NCBI GenBank assembly: GCA_964603725.1
Contig: CAZRWW010000015.1
Span: 18,494 to 82,493, forward strand
Origin: an uncultured bacterium
GTDB taxonomy: Bacteria > Eisenbacteria > RBG-16-71-46 > CAIMUX01 > WJJG01
Direction of reading: 5' to 3'
Length of the DNA stretch: 64,000 nucleotides
The notes under the pieces are model-generated. The model did no database searches. It worked only from the letters and a program-made list of their open reading frames with translations, and was not told the origin of the DNA. How positions within the stretch are numbered: the stretch's first letter is position 1; every line of letters begins with the position of its first letter. Of the stretch, positions 59,863 through 64,000 are shown in pieces. The position numbers were made by a program, and so were the translations under genes.

Positions 59863-60267
59863 CTATTCCTCCTCAGGCCGCGGGGCCGCCGCCCGCTCCG
59901 AGAGATACTCGAGGATCTCTTGCGGGCTGTAGCCGAACTCGGCCGCCTTGGACAGGAACTCGGTGACGATCTCACGGAGCTTGGCCGCCCGAACGACCTC
60001 GTCGGGCGAGACCGGACGATCGGCGACGAAGGTGCCCTTGCCGCGCAGCGTATGAACGATCCCCATCCGCTCCAGATCGAGGTAGGCGCGCGCCACCGTG
60101 TTGTAGTTCACGTTCAGATCCACGGCGAGCTGGCGGACGGTGGGGAGTTGCTCCCCGGGCGTGAGCTCACCGCCCGCCACGCAGACGCGCACCCAGTCGA
60201 CGATCTGCCGGTAGATGGGGACCCCGCTGGCGGTGTCGAGCGTCAGGGTTGGCTTCTGGTTCGACAT
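59863..60267 (-). CDS. GntR family transcriptional regulator (short YhcF-type)
   Basis: wHTH IYRQIVDWVRVCVAGGELTPGEQLPTVRQLAVDLNVNYNTVARAYLDLERMGIV. First gene of a GntR-SPFH-glycosyltransferase operon. Confidence 0.8.
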   Translation of the reverse strand: MSNQKPTLTLDTASGVPIYRQIVDWVRVCVAGGELTPGEQLPTVRQLAVDLNVNYNTVARAYLDLERMGIVHTLRGKGTFVADRPVSPDEVVRAAKLREIVTEFLSKAAEFGYSPQEILEYLSERAAAPRPEEE

Positions 60268-60545
60268 GACTGGCTCGTCCTTCGTCCTGATTCATTATTG
60301 TACTAAAACACTAGTTCAATGATTCGAGGGCGTCAAGCAGATTCTTGAGCAGATTCTGGGTGGCCGTCGTTCCTGTTCGAGTCTCGGGGGGTGCTTCGTA
60401 AGTGATCATAATACAACATATTAGCGCATATACATCCCGGACCGGGACCGGGCGCAGCCTCGAATTCCCCCATTGGCCGGCAGGCTCCCGGCCGCTAGTA
60501 TCCCGCGTCACCCCCTTTCGAAGCCCGGCAAAGAAGAGGTCAACC
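60268..60545. promoter_or_regulatory. AT-rich divergent promoter region with operator-like repeats (gcagattct x2 direct repeat, GTAC...ACTAGT palindromic elements)
   Basis: Local GC falls well below the 70% background. cagattcttgagcagattctg and ttgtactaaaacactagttcaa are read directly. Lies between the GntR start and the TonB-receptor start. Confidence 0.4.
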
Positions 60546-62573
60546 ATGCTTCAGGTCCTTGTCCCGCTCGCGTTCCTGATCACCGGTCCACAACCGCTCG
60601 AGGCGGGCGCCGCGACCCCACCGGCGGGAGCGGACACGCTCTCCGGCGCGATCGAGATGCCCGAGCTGATCGTGACCGCGGACCGCGCGGGCCGCTTCCT
60701 GGCATCGGGCGCCGCGCGCGTTGGCGAGATGGCGCTCGAGATTGCCGACGGCCGCGCGATCGCCGATCTGGCGCCGCTGCTGCCGGCGACCAAGGGCATC
60801 GTCAACTCGCGCGGTGAGGCGCTCTTCATGGTGCGCGGCGCATCGGAGCGCCATCTGCCGGTCTTCATCGAAGGCATTCCGCTCACCGTGCCCTGGGATG
60901 AGCGCGCCGACCTCTCGATGATCCCGACCGACGCCGTCGCGCAGGTGTACGCCCAGCGTGGCGTGCACAGCGTTCTCGATGGGCCGAACGCCCTGGCGGG
61001 GGTCGTCCACCTGGTGCCGCAGGAGCGGGCGGCCGACGGGCAGGGCACGCGCTTGACCCTCCAGGCCGGGGAGATCGAGCACCTCGAGGCGCGTGAGACG
61101 TACACCGCCCGGCGCGGCCAGTGGCACGTCCTGGCGGCGATCGCCCATCGCCAGTGGGCGGCGCGCTCCGTGCCGGCCGACTACGCCGCGGCCTTCCACC
61201 AGCCCGCGCGGCGCAGCCGCACCAACAGCGACCTCGAGCAGACGGCGCTGACCGTCCGCCTGGGTCGCGAGTGGAGCCGCACGGCGCGGCTCGGTCTGCT
61301 CCTGCTGGCGGCCGACGGGTCCAAGGGCGTTCCCCCGGAGGCGCATCTCGATGCCGGCGACGCTCGCTTCTGGCGCTACCCCGAGCATCGCCGCGCGGTC
61401 GTGGGTCTGACCGGGCGGACGGGGCTGGATCGAGCGGGCCGGTGGGACTTGCAGGCCAGCGTCTCGGCCGACCTCTTCCGCCAGGAGATCCGCACGTTCG
61501 ACGATGCCAACTACGCGACGCCGGCGCTCTCGCCGGGCGTCGACTACGAGACCGATCGGGACCACACCGGCTACGCGCAGCTTCAGGTGGGACGCCGCGT
61601 GGGAACATCCGGACGCGTCGCCTGCAAGGGCGTCGCGCGCTACACGCGGCACGGCGAGTCGCTCGTCCTCGGCGGGCCCGAGCTCCACTACGCGCAGTGG
61701 ATCACCTCGCTCGTGGCCGAGGGCGCGCGCGAGTTCGCCGGCGGCTGGCGCATCATCGCCGGGGCGGGCATCGAAAGCGCCATCACGCCCGAAACGGGCG
61801 ACAAGCCGAGCCGCGATTCGACCTCCGATCCGGTTCTGCAAGCGCGGGTCGAGAAGAGCTGGAGCCGGCTGATCGAGACCTACGCCGGCGCATCGCGTCG
61901 CAGCCGCTTTCCCTCGTTGCGCGAGCTCTACTCGGGCGCGCTGGGCAAGTTCGTGCCGAATCCCGATCTGGAGCCCGAACAGCAGGACCTCTACGAGGCG
62001 GGCCTTCTGACTCGCTGGACGGGCGGCGCGCTGGGCGTTTCGGCCTTCGCCGGCTATCTGCGCGGCGGCATCGAGAAGGTCAGCCTCCCGGAGCGGAAGT
62101 TCCAGCGCGTGAACGTGCACGAGATCCGGACGCTGGGAGTGGAGCTCGTCGCGGAGTGGCGACCTGTTGCGGCCCTGCGCCTGCACGGCAGTCACACCGT
62201 GCTTCAGGCGCGGCGGCAGCAGGACGGTGACTACACACTCCCGGTGGAAGACCGCCCGGACTACCTGACGGCTTTCGAGGCGGCCTGGGATCCGACCCGC
62301 TGGCTCGCGGCCAGCGTGGAGGCCAGCGTCATCGGCGCGCGGCACAGCGCCGATGTCACCGATGCCGACGACGGCCTGCGGCGGCTCCCCGTCCAGGGCT
62401 GCTGGAGTGTCAGGCTGGGCTGGCGCCGGAGCACGCCGGAAGGGTGGGCCGAAGACAGAGAGATCTTCGTGCGCCTCAACAACGTGTTCGACCAGTCCAT
62501 CGAGTATCAGACCGGGCTGCCTGAGCCCGGCCGGATGCTTTTGGTCGGGCTCAAGCTCGGGCTCGGCGCCTAG
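60546..62573 (+). CDS. TonB-dependent outer-membrane receptor
   Basis: Signal peptide, TonB-box-like ELIVTAD, plug domain (IVNSRGEALFMVRGASERHLPVFIEGIPL...GPNALAGVVHLV) and a long beta-barrel region. Confidence 0.75.
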   Translation: MLQVLVPLAFLITGPQPLEAGAATPPAGADTLSGAIEMPELIVTADRAGRFLASGAARVGEMALEIADGRAIADLAPLLPATKGIVNSRGEALFMVRGASERHLPVFIEGIPLTVPWDERADLSMIPTDAVAQVYAQRGVHSVLDGPNALAGVVHLVPQERAADGQGTRLTLQAGEIEHLEARETYTARRGQWHVLAAIAHRQWAARSVPADYAAAFHQPARRSRTNSDLEQTALTVRLGREWSRTARLGLLLLAADGSKGVPPEAHLDAGDARFWRYPEHRRAVVGLTGRTGLDRAGRWDLQASVSADLFRQEIRTFDDANYATPALSPGVDYETDRDHTGYAQLQVGRRVGTSGRVACKGVARYTRHGESLVLGGPELHYAQWITSLVAEGAREFAGGWRIIAGAGIESAITPETGDKPSRDSTSDPVLQARVEKSWSRLIETYAGASRRSRFPSLRELYSGALGKFVPNPDLEPEQQDLYEAGLLTRWTGGALGVSAFAGYLRGGIEKVSLPERKFQRVNVHEIRTLGVELVAEWRPVAALRLHGSHTVLQARRQQDGDYTLPVEDRPDYLTAFEAAWDPTRWLAASVEASVIGARHSADVTDADDGLRRLPVQGCWSVRLGWRRSTPEGWAEDREIFVRLNNVFDQSIEYQTGLPEPGRMLLVGLKLGLGA

Positions 62574-62635
62574 GCGCCCCGGGACAGCCCGGGCCGCTCA
62601 GAGACCGGGGTCTGCCCGGGCCCGCGCGGCGCGGG

Positions 62636-64000
62636 CTATCGAATCAGCAGCATGCGCTGCGTGTCGGATCGCTCCGGCGTCTCCAGCTGGTAGTAGTAGA
62701 CGCCCGCCGGCAGCGGCAGGCCCGCCTCGTTCGTGCCGCTCCAGTCGAGCGCGTGCGGCCCGGCCGGCAGCGCGCCCCGGTGCAGCGTGCGCACCAGCCG
62801 GCCGTCGAGATCGAACACCCGCAGCGCCACCGCCTCCGGCCGCGCGAGCTGGAAGCGGATCGTCGTCGCCCCGCTCCACGGATTCGGCTCGTTGCGCAGC
62901 AGCAGGCGCGCCTGCGCGCCGCGCGCCTCGCCGGCCACCCCCGCGAAGCCGGGCTGGTTGGTCGTGTAGCGCAGCGCCAGCCCGCTCGCGTAGGCCGCCG
63001 CCGTCGCCGGCCGCTGGCGGTAGTAGCAGAAGGTGATCCCCGTGGAATGATCGGCGTTCTGGATCCCGGCCGTCGAGTACATCTGCTCGGAGTCGGTGTC
63101 CTGGATCTGCTCGTACATCACCTCGACGATGCCGTCGCCCGTCGCGGTCGGATAGTGGGCCGGATCGTAGAGGATGATCTCGAAGCTCTCGGTGCCGCCG
63201 CCGTAGTCGTTGCGCACCATGTCCCAGGCCACGACGAAGCGGTGGTTGGCGGTGTCGCTCCAGTAATAGACCTTGTTCGTGCCGCTCTGGTACAGGTCGT
63301 CCCAGAAGGCGGCGATCATGTTGGCCGGCCCCTCGGCCGAGGGCAGGTTCCAGTTGCGGTAAGAGACCAGGTAGGTGTGGTCCATCGACAGCCAGCCGTT
63401 GGAGCAGACCGTCACCCGGTCGTGGGGCTGCCCGTAGAAGACGAAGGTGAAGGGCAGATCCAGCGTGGCGGAGTCGTCGCCGCCGGCGCTGAAGTCATTG
63501 AGGCCGGCGCTCGCGCCGGGCCCGCCGCTGGCGGGGTTGATGTCGATCCAGTGGTAGATCGGGGCGTCCGGGTAGCCGGTGTCGGTCTGGTCGTAGCACC
63601 AGTAGCCGTAGGCGTCGGGGCCGGTCGGCTCGTTCGAGTCGGCCGTGCCGACGGGGAGGGTGAAGGGCACCGTCTGGCGCACCCCGTCGGCGCAGACCAG
63701 GACGAGCCGCAGGTGGGCGAGCTGGCCGGGGATGCAGTTGCCGGGCGAGGTGATGCGGAAGGCGTCGAAGTTGTTCATGCCCGTGCCGCCGGGCAGGATG
63801 GTGTTGTAGCTGGCGGCGGCGTCGATGACCTGCACCGAGTAGGAATCGGAGGCCAGCATGGCGCTGATGGGGCCCTGAGCGGCGTAGGCGCCGGCATTCT
63901 TGAGCACCACCTGGAGGTCGGCGGACTCGCCAGGGTCGAGCTGCGTTCCGGCCCCGACCAGCGTGACGCTTTGGAAGACCAGATCCGAGCCCGTCGTGGG
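62636..64000 (-). CDS. secreted protein with T9SS/FlgD-Ig C-terminal domain, 5'-partial (continues beyond window end)
   Basis: The ORF is open to the window edge. The C-terminus is NEPNPWSGATTIRFQLARPEAVALRVFDLDGRLVRTL...WSGTNEAGLPLPAGVYYYQL. Confidence 0.6.
   Translation of the reverse strand, partial: PTTGSDLVFQSVTLVGAGTQLDPGESADLQVVLKNAGAYAAQGPISAMLASDSYSVQVIDAAASYNTILPGGTGMNNFDAFRITSPGNCIPGQLAHLRLVLVCADGVRQTVPFTLPVGTADSNEPTGPDAYGYWCYDQTDTGYPDAPIYHWIDINPASGGPGASAGLNDFSAGGDDSATLDLPFTFVFYGQPHDRVTVCSNGWLSMDHTYLVSYRNWNLPSAEGPANMIAAFWDDLYQSGTNKVYYWSDTANHRFVVAWDMVRNDYGGGTESFEIILYDPAHYPTATGDGIVEVMYEQIQDTDSEQMYSTAGIQNADHSTGITFCYYRQRPATAAAYASGLALRYTTNQPGFAGVAGEARGAQARLLLRNEPNPWSGATTIRFQLARPEAVALRVFDLDGRLVRTLHRGALPAGPHALDWSGTNEAGLPLPAGVYYYQLETPERSDTQRMLLIR

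Overview
This is a high-GC (about 70%) bacterial chromosomal window. Many of its secreted proteins end in a T9SS/FlgD-Ig-type sorting domain ('...DLNGRLVR...WDGRD..G..V.SGVYYYRL....'), which suggests an FCB-superphylum lineage such as Gemmatimonadota or Ca. Eisenbacteria. The real genes stand out against long Arg/Ala/Pro-rich antisense ORFs, which I treat as GC artefacts. Housekeeping genes I can support are:
- endonuclease IV (nfo)
- a Nudix CoA pyrophosphatase
- an RRM RNA-binding protein
- a GNAT acetyltransferase
- an S4-domain protein
- sdhCDAB
- an OPT oligopeptide transporter
- a TonB-dependent receptor
- an SPFH protein
- a GntR regulator
- an HD hydrolase / AmmeMemoRadiSam-type radical SAM / YjbQ / GlmL-like / YcaQ-like operon
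Accessory content includes:
- an ECF sigma factor with an overlapping Ser/Thr kinase, next to a TPR-CHAT protein
- a 978-aa tail-fibre-repeat protein followed by a C10 peptidase
- an NtrC-type sigma-54 activator and sensor kinase beside two giant T9SS-tagged proteins (a C25 gingipain-like peptidase and an Ntn-hydrolase/MAM-like protein)
- a sigma-54-promoted Cys-rich repeat protein
The most interesting signal is three paralogous genes (8589..10625, 10923..12965, 15416..16600). In each, the reading frame passes through an in-frame TGA placed exactly at the first Cys of a thioredoxin active-site motif (most clearly F-T-A-T-W-[TGA]-G-P-C, i.e. WCGPC with Sec). Each TGA is followed 15 nt later by the same GC hairpin (GCCCGGUGCGGGC), where a bacterial SECIS would sit. 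Each gene also encodes a signal peptide and a T9SS-type C-terminal domain. I read these as a family of secreted thioredoxin-fold selenoproteins (U-x-x-C) fused to large extracytoplasmic domains. I found no tRNA or CRISPR.
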